The notes under the pieces are model-generated. The model was not told the DNA's origin and did no database searches. It was given only the letters and a program-made list of their open reading frames with translations. Below are positions 9,986 to 18,990 of a stretch of 64,000 nt of DNA, one piece after another. A program made the translations under genes and the position numbers. This DNA is from Bacilli bacterium (lineage in GTDB: Bacteria; Bacillota_I; Bacilli_A; RFN20; CAG-826): NCBI GenBank assembly GCA_045597865.1, contig JAZLKX010000025.1:256001-320000 (forward strand), written 5' to 3'. Position 1 is the first letter of the stretch, and every line of letters begins with the position of its first letter.

Positions 9986-10325
9986 AAATGGTTATCTATA
10001 TAATAGTGATGATCCAAATGGATATCATGATTATTTGGCTTTTTATAATAAAGAAACAAAAAGCTATTTTCTAGTCCAATTAACTCATCTTTATGTATGG
10101 GATAAGAAAAGATATGTTCAAGTCAAAAGAGGAGATATTTTAGTTCAAAAATTTAAAGAATATGAAACACCTAGTGGAGTAAAGAAAGAAATTTACGAAA
10201 AAGATTTAAAGGGAAACAAAATTAGAATAAATCAAAATGACGAAATAAAGAAAATTTATAGGAATATTTCAATGAAACAAGAAAAAATAATCAAAGATTA
10301 TATTTTTAGCAAAAAGAAAACGTAA
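9966..10325 (+). CDS. orphan basic AT-rich protein, possibly toxin/RNase-like
   Basis: 119-aa ORF overlapping the ruvB 3' end; no recognised family. Confidence 0.65.
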   Translation: MKLLRIRNGYLYNSDDPNGYHDYLAFYNKETKSYFLVQLTHLYVWDKKRYVQVKRGDILVQKFKEYETPSGVKKEIYEKDLKGNKIRINQNDEIKKIYRNISMKQEKIIKDYIFSKKKT

Positions 10326-10361
10326 TCATCGAGGACTACGTTTGAGAATATTTTCTCGCTG
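10310..10361 (-). ncRNA. candidate ~50-nt small RNA convergent with the orphan ORF
   Basis: minus-strand TTGACA(10395-10390)-17 nt-TTTAAT(10372-10367) with TGn; two hairpins then TTTCTTTTT. Confidence 0.45.
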
Positions 10362-10589
10362 GAATTATTAAAACAAAGATTTCCTGCTTTGTCAATAAAA
10401 GAAAGCTTAAAAAAAGAAGTCATACAAAATTTTATATATTATGTCGCTATATAGTTCTTTCATTTATGAATTTTTACTATACTTTCCTAATCGTGAAAAC
10501 CATTATTTTCTTTACTTTATAAGTAAATCATAGTAAAATCTTACGCGGTCGAAAAATTGACACTATTTATTACATAAAGGAACAAGATT

Positions 10590-13253
10590 ATGCGTAGATT
10601 AATAGCTTACATCACAATGGCAATATCAATGCTCATTGCAATCGGAGTTGCAGCAACTCCAGTTTTAACAAAGTTAAATGGAGGACGTGAATTCAACTCT
10701 GGTAGAGAAATTGTATTCAATATCGATGCTAGAGATGGAGATCCAGCAGTTAGCAAAGAAACTGCCGACAAAGTCGTCGATGAGATGAGAACTCGTTTGG
10801 ATAACTGGCACATTGAAGATTATTCCATTAAAGTTCAAAGCAATAAAGCAGAAGAACCAACATATTCAGTTGCAGTATCATTTGACGTTGAAAAAGATAC
10901 ATTCAACTATGTTGCAAAATATCTTTGCTTCCAAGGTGAAAACTTTGCAATCTCTGCTGCAGACCCAACAACTTTAAAAGAAGATGTTCTTGATGTTGCT
11001 GAAGCAAGAATCGTTTATGAATCTGATGTTGTTCCTGTAATTGTTATTCCTGTAAAGGAAGATAAAAAAGCTGATCTTGAAAACCTTATTAAACAATTAA
11101 ATCCAGAAGAAGAAAATAGCGGTGAAACTAAAGCTATCACAAGAGATGGCGAAGTCGCACCATCCGAAGGTGGTGAAGGTGAAGAAGAACCTGCAAAAAC
11201 ACCAGATATCTTCTTATGGGCAAACTATGAAGAAGGCGATTTATACGAAAAATCAAACGTTAATCCATTAGTTAAGGATAAAATCCTTATGTCATTCTTC
11301 TCCACAGCAATATGGTATGAAAAATCAAGCGAAGAACATACAGAAGTTCAATTTATCTGTGGTTCAGCTGACCAAGAAGGTAATTACGATTTCACAAAAC
11401 TTAAAGATGCAAACGTTGTCGCAAATTATTATTTGAACATGCTTCATGCAAGTAAGTACGACGTAGAAGTTACATGCCCAACAAGAAATGTTTCTTCATC
11501 TGAAATTGATTACTACACAAATTCACAAGAAGTTAATCCATCAATGGAAAGCTTATTGTCCTATGGAAATAACGTCAATATTAAATTATCCGCAACTTTA
11601 ATTTCTTCATTAGTTGCTTTCGTAATAATTTCATTATTACTCATTGTTTATTATAGAATCAATGCTATTGCAATTATTGCAACAACACTTGGCTCATTAT
11701 TTATTACATTACTTTCATTCTCTTCAATGAATGTCTTATTTAACTTCCCAGCATTACTTGGTTTACTCATCTTAGCTGGCGGTTTGTTATTTGGACAAAT
11801 TGTCTATTGCAATAGATTCAGAGAAGAAGTTTACAAAGGACGTTCTTTAAAGAAAGCTAACCAAGAAGCAAGCAAGAAATCAAATCTTCTTACACTAGAT
11901 GCATCAGTTATTTTGGCATTTGCTGGTTTAATGATGTACGTCTTAGGCGGAACAGCCTTAAAACCAATGGGCGTTGTCTTATTCTTTGGTTCAATCTTTG
12001 GACTTTTAATGAATCTTATTGTTTTCAAAATTTTGATGCGTTTAGTTACAAATTCTACCAATTTACAAAGTAAATACTCTGTATTCAATATTGAAGGTAG
12101 CAAAGTTCCAAACTTAATGGATGCTGAAGAAAAAGAACCATATCAAGCAGCTTATGAAAAAGTTGATTTCACAAAGAAAAGAAAAGTTTCCTCAATTATT
12201 TTAGGAGCATTAACAATTGCAGCTGTTGCAGTTATTACTGTCTTTGGTGTTAAAAATGGTTCTCCATTAAACGTCACAAACGCAACAAAAAATACAACAG
12301 TTATTTATACTTCACTTAAATCAGAAAATGGTTTAATTAATGATGTTGAATCATTCAAAACTTATGCTCTTAGCGATGTTAAACTTGATGAATCTACTAA
12401 TGTAGCATCTGATAAATTTGATGTTGAAATGAAGAAAGTCAGCACTTATACATACATTGATGAATCAAGTGCACCAACTGAAGAATCCTATTACTTCATT
12501 GCAAAACTTGATAATGATTGTAACGCTGATCAAATCAAACAAATTCAAGATAGCATTGTAATCAAGTTAGAAGAAAACATTTCATCTGATAAATTTGCTA
12601 TTTCTGTTGAAAGCTCACAAGAACTTAATTACACACCTGATCAATCACTTGTTGCTTTAGCAACAGCAGTTACAATTGCAGGCGCTGCATTATATCTCGC
12701 ACTACGCTTCCGCCCATCGCGCGGACTAGCTGCACTTGTAGTCTCAGCTGGCTCAACAGCAATTGCTTATGGTTTATTTGTTGCAATTAGAGTTGGAACA
12801 AGTGCTGTTACATCTCTTGCAATGCCAGTCGTTGCAATATCAACACTTATTGCTTCAATGTTCTACTTTGCAACTGAAAAAGCAATGCTTAAAGAAAAAC
12901 ACTCCGAATTATCTTTCGAAGAAAGAAAAGAAATTATGGTTAAGGCACTTGCTAAATCAGCAGCTCCAATGCTTGTTCTTGTCCTTATCATGATTTACTT
13001 ATCAATTAACTATTTTGGATTCGGACTTAATGCAACCGCATTCTTATTTGCTTCAGCACTTGTTGGCCAAATCGTTGCAGTTATCGCAATGCTTACAATT
13101 ATGGGCCCACTCGCATGTATGTTTGGTAAATGGTTCAGTAGAATCAACATGCCAAAAGTTAAATTGTTTAAACACAAAGAAAACACTGGTGCTCTTCATA
13201 AACGTAATTCAAGCGAACCAGAAGAAACAATCTTCATTGGTATTAACGACTAA
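10590..13253 (+). CDS. secDF: divergent fused SecDF protein-export membrane protein
   Basis: two repeats of TM + large extracytoplasmic domain + 5 TM; RFREE motif; ruvAB...secDF-recJ...relA synteny. Confidence 0.75.
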   Translation: MRRLIAYITMAISMLIAIGVAATPVLTKLNGGREFNSGREIVFNIDARDGDPAVSKETADKVVDEMRTRLDNWHIEDYSIKVQSNKAEEPTYSVAVSFDVEKDTFNYVAKYLCFQGENFAISAADPTTLKEDVLDVAEARIVYESDVVPVIVIPVKEDKKADLENLIKQLNPEEENSGETKAITRDGEVAPSEGGEGEEEPAKTPDIFLWANYEEGDLYEKSNVNPLVKDKILMSFFSTAIWYEKSSEEHTEVQFICGSADQEGNYDFTKLKDANVVANYYLNMLHASKYDVEVTCPTRNVSSSEIDYYTNSQEVNPSMESLLSYGNNVNIKLSATLISSLVAFVIISLLLIVYYRINAIAIIATTLGSLFITLLSFSSMNVLFNFPALLGLLILAGGLLFGQIVYCNRFREEVYKGRSLKKANQEASKKSNLLTLDASVILAFAGLMMYVLGGTALKPMGVVLFFGSIFGLLMNLIVFKILMRLVTNSTNLQSKYSVFNIEGSKVPNLMDAEEKEPYQAAYEKVDFTKKRKVSSIILGALTIAAVAVITVFGVKNGSPLNVTNATKNTTVIYTSLKSENGLINDVESFKTYALSDVKLDESTNVASDKFDVEMKKVSTYTYIDESSAPTEESYYFIAKLDNDCNADQIKQIQDSIVIKLEENISSDKFAISVESSQELNYTPDQSLVALATAVTIAGAALYLALRFRPSRGLAALVVSAGSTAIAYGLFVAIRVGTSAVTSLAMPVVAISTLIASMFYFATEKAMLKEKHSELSFEERKEIMVKALAKSAAPMLVLVLIMIYLSINYFGFGLNATAFLFASALVGQIVAVIAMLTIMGPLACMFGKWFSRINMPKVKLFKHKENTGALHKRNSSEPEETIFIGIND

Positions 13254-13261
13254 TTTAATTT

Positions 13262-13284
13262 GGGCTACTTTGTAGCCCTTTTTT
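13262..13284 (+). terminator. terminator after secDF
   Basis: gggctac-ttt-gtagccc plus T tract. Confidence 0.7.
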
Positions 13285-13294
13285 GTACTTAAAT

Positions 13295-14854
13295 ATGGAT
13301 TTTAAACAAAAGCTATTAGACTATTTTCATCTAAACGAGACTGATTTTAGTGAGCTTAGTAAACCTCTTAATGAGATTAAACTACTTGATCCTAATTCGA
13401 TTGAATCAATGGGCAAAATCAGAGATCGTATTTTTAAAGCGATCCAAAATAACGAAAAAATTATTGTTTATGGTGATTATGATTGTGATGGTGTGAGCGC
13501 CACAACAATTGTAGTGAAAACATTTGAAAAACTTAACTATAAAGTAAGCTATTACTTACCAATTAGATACAGTGATGGTTATGGACTTAACGTTAAAAAC
13601 GTTATAAAGATAAAAGAGGCCGGTTTTAGCCTTATTATTACTGTTGATAATGGAATTGCCCAAGATGAAGCAATTAAGAAGGCTAATGAGCTCGGAATGG
13701 ACGTAATTGTAGTGGACCACCATGAAGCTCCAGAGATTCCAGTGCCAGCTTATGCTGTAATTCATCCAATTGTCTCACATATTTCAGACATCTATGGTTC
13801 TGGAGGATATATGTCTTTATTTTTATCTGCGGGACTACTTGGTTATTATGATGACTATTTAGTCACGATCGCTGGAATGTCTGTCATTTCAGATATGATG
13901 GAACTTAAAGGCTATAACCGCGATGTTGTTAGACTTGCAGTTGAAAACCTAAAAAAGAATCATTATTTGCCATTAATTTATCTTACTGATTCACCAATAA
14001 TTACCGAGAAAACTTTTGGCCTAGAAATTGCTCCAAAAATTAATGCGATTGGACGTCTTGTAGACGACAAAAACATCAATCTTTTGGTGAAATATTTAAT
14101 CAGTGAAGACGAAAAAGAAATTTACAAGATTTCTAACTGGATTAAAAACAATAATGAACTAAGAAAAACCCTCACAAAAGAGGCAGTTGAAGCACTTCCT
14201 CAAGATCAAATTAATGATGCAGGAATTGCCCTCAAATTAGATATCAAAGAAGGCCTTTTAGGGCTTATTGCGAATCGACTTTTGAACGGAAAAAATGTTC
14301 CAGTTATCATCTTCACAGAAGACTCAACTGATAAAACTTTCCTAAAAGGAAGTATTCGTTCAAAAGAAGGTTTTAATGTTCAAAAAGCATTTGAATCTTT
14401 AAATAAATATTTAGTTGCAGGTGGTGGTCACGCTATGGCTGGCGGTCTTACAATTAAAGCCTCGGATTTTAATGATTTTAAACGTGATTTTATTAAACTT
14501 TGCGAAGAGCACAAATTTACAAAAGAAGAACCACCTTCAATTGAACTTTCCGTCACTGAAATTAACAATCAAAACTATGAAATTTTAAGACAATTTTCTC
14601 CATTTGGAGTTGGTTTTCCAGAACCTGTTTTTTCACTTAGAAATTTACCAACAAAATCTCTTCAATTTATAAGCTTTGGAAAACATATTTCAACACCAAT
14701 TTCAATCAATTCAAAAATACTTGGATTTAACATGCCAGAAAGTGAGATTAGAAAATATAATTTTCTTGACTTATTTGGTAATTTAAATATGTCTAGTTTT
14801 AGAGATAGATTAACTCTAGAATTTAGAATTAGCGATTTTATCGCTAAAAACTAA
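13295..14854 (+). CDS. recJ: single-stranded-DNA exonuclease RecJ
   Basis: YGDYDCDG, TVDNGI, DHH, GGHAMAGG. Confidence 0.93.
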   Translation: MDFKQKLLDYFHLNETDFSELSKPLNEIKLLDPNSIESMGKIRDRIFKAIQNNEKIIVYGDYDCDGVSATTIVVKTFEKLNYKVSYYLPIRYSDGYGLNVKNVIKIKEAGFSLIITVDNGIAQDEAIKKANELGMDVIVVDHHEAPEIPVPAYAVIHPIVSHISDIYGSGGYMSLFLSAGLLGYYDDYLVTIAGMSVISDMMELKGYNRDVVRLAVENLKKNHYLPLIYLTDSPIITEKTFGLEIAPKINAIGRLVDDKNINLLVKYLISEDEKEIYKISNWIKNNNELRKTLTKEAVEALPQDQINDAGIALKLDIKEGLLGLIANRLLNGKNVPVIIFTEDSTDKTFLKGSIRSKEGFNVQKAFESLNKYLVAGGGHAMAGGLTIKASDFNDFKRDFIKLCEEHKFTKEEPPSIELSVTEINNQNYEILRQFSPFGVGFPEPVFSLRNLPTKSLQFISFGKHISTPISINSKILGFNMPESEIRKYNFLDLFGNLNMSSFRDRLTLEFRISDFIAKN

Positions 14855-14937
14855 TACATACACATTTGTGTGTATAAGTGCGCACAACTTTGTTAAAATA
14901 TATTAAATGAAGTTTCTAATAAAGTGGAGGCTCAATT

Positions 14938-17268
14938 ATGTTAAGTAAGAAAGCGAAAATCATTCTCATCTCCGTGGGAGGTGCTTTAGTCGTGGGTGGT
15001 GGTCTAGGTGTTGGCCTTGGCATTGGTTTAAGCAATAAACCACAAGACAAACCAGATGAACCAGATCCAATTATCATTCCAGACGAAGATCCATGTCCTG
15101 AAGGAACATGTGTCGACGAGAACCAAGATGGTGTCTGTGATGTTTGTGGCTACCCAGTTGATATCCAACATGGTGTTAGTGTTGGTGGTGACCCAAGTGC
15201 ACCATTCTACCTTAAGGTAGGAGAATCAAAAACTATTACTGCAAAACTCACTCCAAGTCCAGATAGAGATTCAGAAAAAACCTTTACTTGGAAAACTTCC
15301 AACAGTCGTATAGCAAGCGTTGCTGCAAAATCAGCATCTGCAAAAGCAGATATTGAAGGTTTAAGTGAAGGTAACGTCACATTTACTGCAACAAATGAAT
15401 ACAATCCAGCATTAGTTAGAAATTTCGAAGCAACTGTTATTAATTATGATGATGAAAACATGTATCTTTGGGAATATCAGACTTCAGATAGAGCAAAATT
15501 TGGTTACGTTAATGAAGATGGCAAAAAAGCCGGTGTCGCTGATGGAGTCGCAAATCTTGCAGGATTAGATTGGACATTCCATAGAAGTGAAGTTAAATCG
15601 CTTCAATCAAAACAAGGTGGTGTTGGCTTTGGAAAAGGCAGCGATCCTGAAAAATTAGTAACTTTAAAGAGCACAAACACAAGAGAAATTAAGAAAATTG
15701 TTATTGAAACTGCTTCAGCAAATTCACTTGCAAATATCACAGTAAAAGTTGGTGATAACGAAGTTATTAATAAAGCTACACCAAAATTTAGCTCTGCTGC
15801 AATCGGTTCAGTTAGCTACGTTGATAGCGAAGAAAATCCATCAAAATATTCTGGTGATATCTTAATTCAATTTGATACTCCAGCATTTGATGAATCAAAA
15901 TTAGAAGACGAATCTTATAGAGCTCCAGGTGCAGTTTATCTTAAATCTATTTGGATTGAATATTATGAAATCAACCTAGATTGGAAGACAAATGTTACTT
16001 ATGATTTAAATGCCAAATATTTAGAATCAAAAGATGCTGATTTTAAATCTGGTTATTTCACCGGATTAACTACAAGTGCTAAGCCATTATCAATTAATGA
16101 TGAAGAAAATGGTATTACAATTAATCTTGAAAAAATTAAACAATATGGTTCTAGCGATAATGTTAAGTTAATTGATCATGCTTTGACAAATGGCTATATT
16201 GACATCATTTTGAATAAACCAGATGAAGTTATTAAACAAGTCAAATTTGAATACATTAACGGCACAAATAAAACAACTTATACAGAGTATGCTTCTGTTT
16301 TTGGAGGCGCTCCATTTGTTAACACAATAGACTCAAGTAATACAGGACTTTGTGGCAAATTTATTTCAAGTGATAATGTTAATGCAATTAGATTTGTTCC
16401 TAAAGGAAACAATGTTGCAGTTCATTCAATCTCTGTTAAAACTATTGAAGGCGTACAACTTGAAATTGATTCATTGTCATTAAAAGAAGGTGCTGCTGCA
16501 AGTAAACTTTCCTATAAACAAGGAGAAGTTTTTGACCCAGAGGGACTTGAAGATATTTCTGTCTCATTTACTAATGATAATGTTAATCCAATAGACATTC
16601 CTTCAAACGAAATTACATGGTATGACGGTCCTTCTTATGAAGATCCAGCAGATCATTCAAATGCTTCTGAAATTCTAAAAGAAGGAACAACATACGTAAT
16701 AGGTGTACTAAATGGTCATACTGTTAAGTATGAAGGCATTGAAGTTGTTCTTGTAAAAATGTATCTTTCTTTAGTCAAAGATGCTTCGGACATCAATGAA
16801 ACTGACCGTTATTTAATTGCCTCTCCAAAAAATAGTGCAATTTGTTTAGGATCTTCTGGTTCAGACATGAACAAAGCTGATGGTTCTAAAGTTTTAGAAG
16901 GCTTTGAGTTTACCGATGACGTAAATCTTGCTGATTCATATGAAAATGACTTATTTAAGTTTGAAAAAGACCCAAATAGTGAAAAATACGCTATTGCAAA
17001 TTTTGATGGCGCTCATAGATTTACAGTAACAAAGAGTGGAACGTCAGCAGCAGGCACATCTAAAGATGGATGCCAACTTTATTCCATAACTATCAATAGC
17101 GAAAATGGTAATGCAACATTCACAATGGATTTCAATGATACAAAATATTATCTAATTCATACTGGCACTGCATTTGACTCAAAGAAAGATAATGGTTCAA
17201 TTGATAAAGCATCAATCAGAATTTATAAGCTTAACGAAATCGTTGACCCAAGACTTGTGACTGAATAA
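14938..17268 (+). CDS. membrane-anchored surface protein with Ig-like (Big_2-type) domains
   Basis: N-terminal TM, Pro/Asp linker, CVDENQDGVCDVCG motif, LKVGESKTITA...TWKTSN..IASV Ig-like signature, YKQGEVFDPEGL. Confidence 0.75.
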   Translation: MLSKKAKIILISVGGALVVGGGLGVGLGIGLSNKPQDKPDEPDPIIIPDEDPCPEGTCVDENQDGVCDVCGYPVDIQHGVSVGGDPSAPFYLKVGESKTITAKLTPSPDRDSEKTFTWKTSNSRIASVAAKSASAKADIEGLSEGNVTFTATNEYNPALVRNFEATVINYDDENMYLWEYQTSDRAKFGYVNEDGKKAGVADGVANLAGLDWTFHRSEVKSLQSKQGGVGFGKGSDPEKLVTLKSTNTREIKKIVIETASANSLANITVKVGDNEVINKATPKFSSAAIGSVSYVDSEENPSKYSGDILIQFDTPAFDESKLEDESYRAPGAVYLKSIWIEYYEINLDWKTNVTYDLNAKYLESKDADFKSGYFTGLTTSAKPLSINDEENGITINLEKIKQYGSSDNVKLIDHALTNGYIDIILNKPDEVIKQVKFEYINGTNKTTYTEYASVFGGAPFVNTIDSSNTGLCGKFISSDNVNAIRFVPKGNNVAVHSISVKTIEGVQLEIDSLSLKEGAAASKLSYKQGEVFDPEGLEDISVSFTNDNVNPIDIPSNEITWYDGPSYEDPADHSNASEILKEGTTYVIGVLNGHTVKYEGIEVVLVKMYLSLVKDASDINETDRYLIASPKNSAICLGSSGSDMNKADGSKVLEGFEFTDDVNLADSYENDLFKFEKDPNSEKYAIANFDGAHRFTVTKSGTSAAGTSKDGCQLYSITINSENGNATFTMDFNDTKYYLIHTGTAFDSKKDNGSIDKASIRIYKLNEIVDPRLVTE

Positions 17269-17290
17269 ATTTATTTACCAAACATATGAA

Positions 17291-17317
17291 AAGGTCCTGC
17301 TGTGCAGGACTTTTTTT
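17291..17317 (+). terminator. intrinsic terminator
   Basis: ggtcctgc-tgt-gcaggact plus T tract. Confidence 0.75.
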
Positions 17318-17431
17318 ATTTTAATTTTTTACTATTAAGTAATTGCTTATTGGGGTATAATCTTTAATAGTTAGAAGTGGAAAACGTACGATTCCATTCC
17401 TAGCGAAAAGTAATAGGAAAGGAGAAAATTA

Positions 17432-18058
17432 ATGAAAAAAAGATTATTCTTATTACCATTATTAGCAGGCTTGGCACTTTGTAGCTGTGGCGGTGGAGAT
17501 AATCCAGATGATCCAAAAGGCGAAGACTTTCCAGGTTTAACACTTGACATTGATACTTTAAAAGAAGAAAGTGGAGATGGAAAAGGCTATGCTGCTTTAG
17601 CAGATGTTGACGAAATCAATGGCGTTGGAGTCGGATTTGCTGAAGTTATGGTTAATGGTCTTAACAGTGAATCATTACCAAAATGGGATACACCAGATGA
17701 TGAAGTTGTTGATGTAATTCAATTCTCAAAAGTCGATGGTGAAAACGGAAGAGAAGGCGGATCAATTACCGTTCAAGGTAAAATTTCCAAATTAACTGTA
17801 AATGTCTATTCCTCACGTGAATGGTCAGATACAGGTTTCCCAAAAGTCACTTTTGATGGAAAAACAGTTAAAAAACCTTCAAAAGCAGCGCAAACGAAAG
17901 ATACTGAATACAAGAGCTGGAACTCAAAAGGTACTCAAGAATTCGATTTAAAGATCTTTACAGTCGAATATGCTGTTAATGCTGGAGACGAAGGCGAATT
18001 AGTCATTCACAACGCAAATACTTACGCTTTGTACTTTGATTCATTCATCTTAGAATAA
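17432..18058 (+). CDS. acidic lipoprotein of unknown function
   Basis: MKKR signal peptide, lipobox LCS|C; strong RBS. Confidence 0.8.
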   Translation: MKKRLFLLPLLAGLALCSCGGGDNPDDPKGEDFPGLTLDIDTLKEESGDGKGYAALADVDEINGVGVGFAEVMVNGLNSESLPKWDTPDDEVVDVIQFSKVDGENGREGGSITVQGKISKLTVNVYSSREWSDTGFPKVTFDGKTVKKPSKAAQTKDTEYKSWNSKGTQEFDLKIFTVEYAVNAGDEGELVIHNANTYALYFDSFILE

Positions 18059-18073
18059 ACCTATTACAAAATT

Positions 18074-18103
18074 AGACATTCACTTCGGTGGATGTCTTTT
18101 TTT
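18074..18103 (+). terminator. intrinsic terminator
   Basis: agacattcac-ttcg-gtggatgtct plus T tract. Confidence 0.8.
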
Positions 18104-18164
18104 AACTTTTTTATAGTAAAAATGTAAAAATTGCTCTACAATGTTTACACAAGAGGTATTAAAA

Positions 18165-18899
18165 ATGAATAAAAAAATTATGTTTCTTCCGCTCCTTGCT
18201 TTAGTAGGCGGAGTGCTTGTAAGCTGTGGCGGTGGCGATGAACCAGCTGATGATCAATTAGATAAATGTAAACTTGCACCAGCTGAATTTCTTGGTCACA
18301 AAAGAGCAACAGAACTCAAAGATGGCAAATCCTATTATTTAGGTGTTTGCAAATTCAATGAAGACGATGAAACCGAAAAAGAAATGATGTTTATTAACGG
18401 TGAACCACACTCTGATAAAGACGGAACTTATCCTTACTACTTATCAGAAACCGCTGTTGAAGTACAAAGCGACTTTGCTGATGTCGCAAAAGTAAAAGTT
18501 GATTATATCAACGATACAGAATTTACACTTCAAATTTTAAAAGATGGCGCAAGCTATGACGGAAAATACATCGGTGTTTACAAAGGCGATTCAAGCTACA
18601 GTAACTTTGTTTTCTCATATTATTGTGCTGATGAAGCTGGCGATGACGTTATGGAAGGCCGTGGTTATGAAGAAAAAGATGTTGGAAAAACATGTATTTA
18701 TAACTTCTCATGGTGTGAATCATACGAAGGCTATGCAATTAAAACCGCAGTTTTGATGATTGCTGATGAACGTAAAGAGGAAGAAGAACCACTTCCAAAA
18801 TTCATGGGAACTGACAATCAATATATTTCATTGGATTGCTGCCAAACTGAAAAAATGTTCGGAGAAACATATAACCTCGGTTATTTCTACGAGATTTAG
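18165..18899 (+). CDS. Cys-rich acidic lipoprotein of unknown function
   Basis: MNKK signal peptide, lipobox LVS|C; RBS gaggt upstream of ATG 18165. Confidence 0.8.
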   Translation: MNKKIMFLPLLALVGGVLVSCGGGDEPADDQLDKCKLAPAEFLGHKRATELKDGKSYYLGVCKFNEDDETEKEMMFINGEPHSDKDGTYPYYLSETAVEVQSDFADVAKVKVDYINDTEFTLQILKDGASYDGKYIGVYKGDSSYSNFVFSYYCADEAGDDVMEGRGYEEKDVGKTCIYNFSWCESYEGYAIKTAVLMIADERKEEEEPLPKFMGTDNQYISLDCCQTEKMFGETYNLGYFYEI

Positions 18900-18990
18900 T
18901 AAAAAATCTTCAAAAATCATAAAGGGTAACTTAATTGTTATCCTTTTTTCTTTAAAAGAAAGTAAAAGAGTGTATAATTAGTAAGCGCAT

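Noticed and set aside
10422-10449. dif-like sequence TATATA-TTATGT next to the orphan ORF
   Set aside because: Only the spacer and 6 bp of one arm match and the other arm is absent; plausible by chance in AT-rich DNA.
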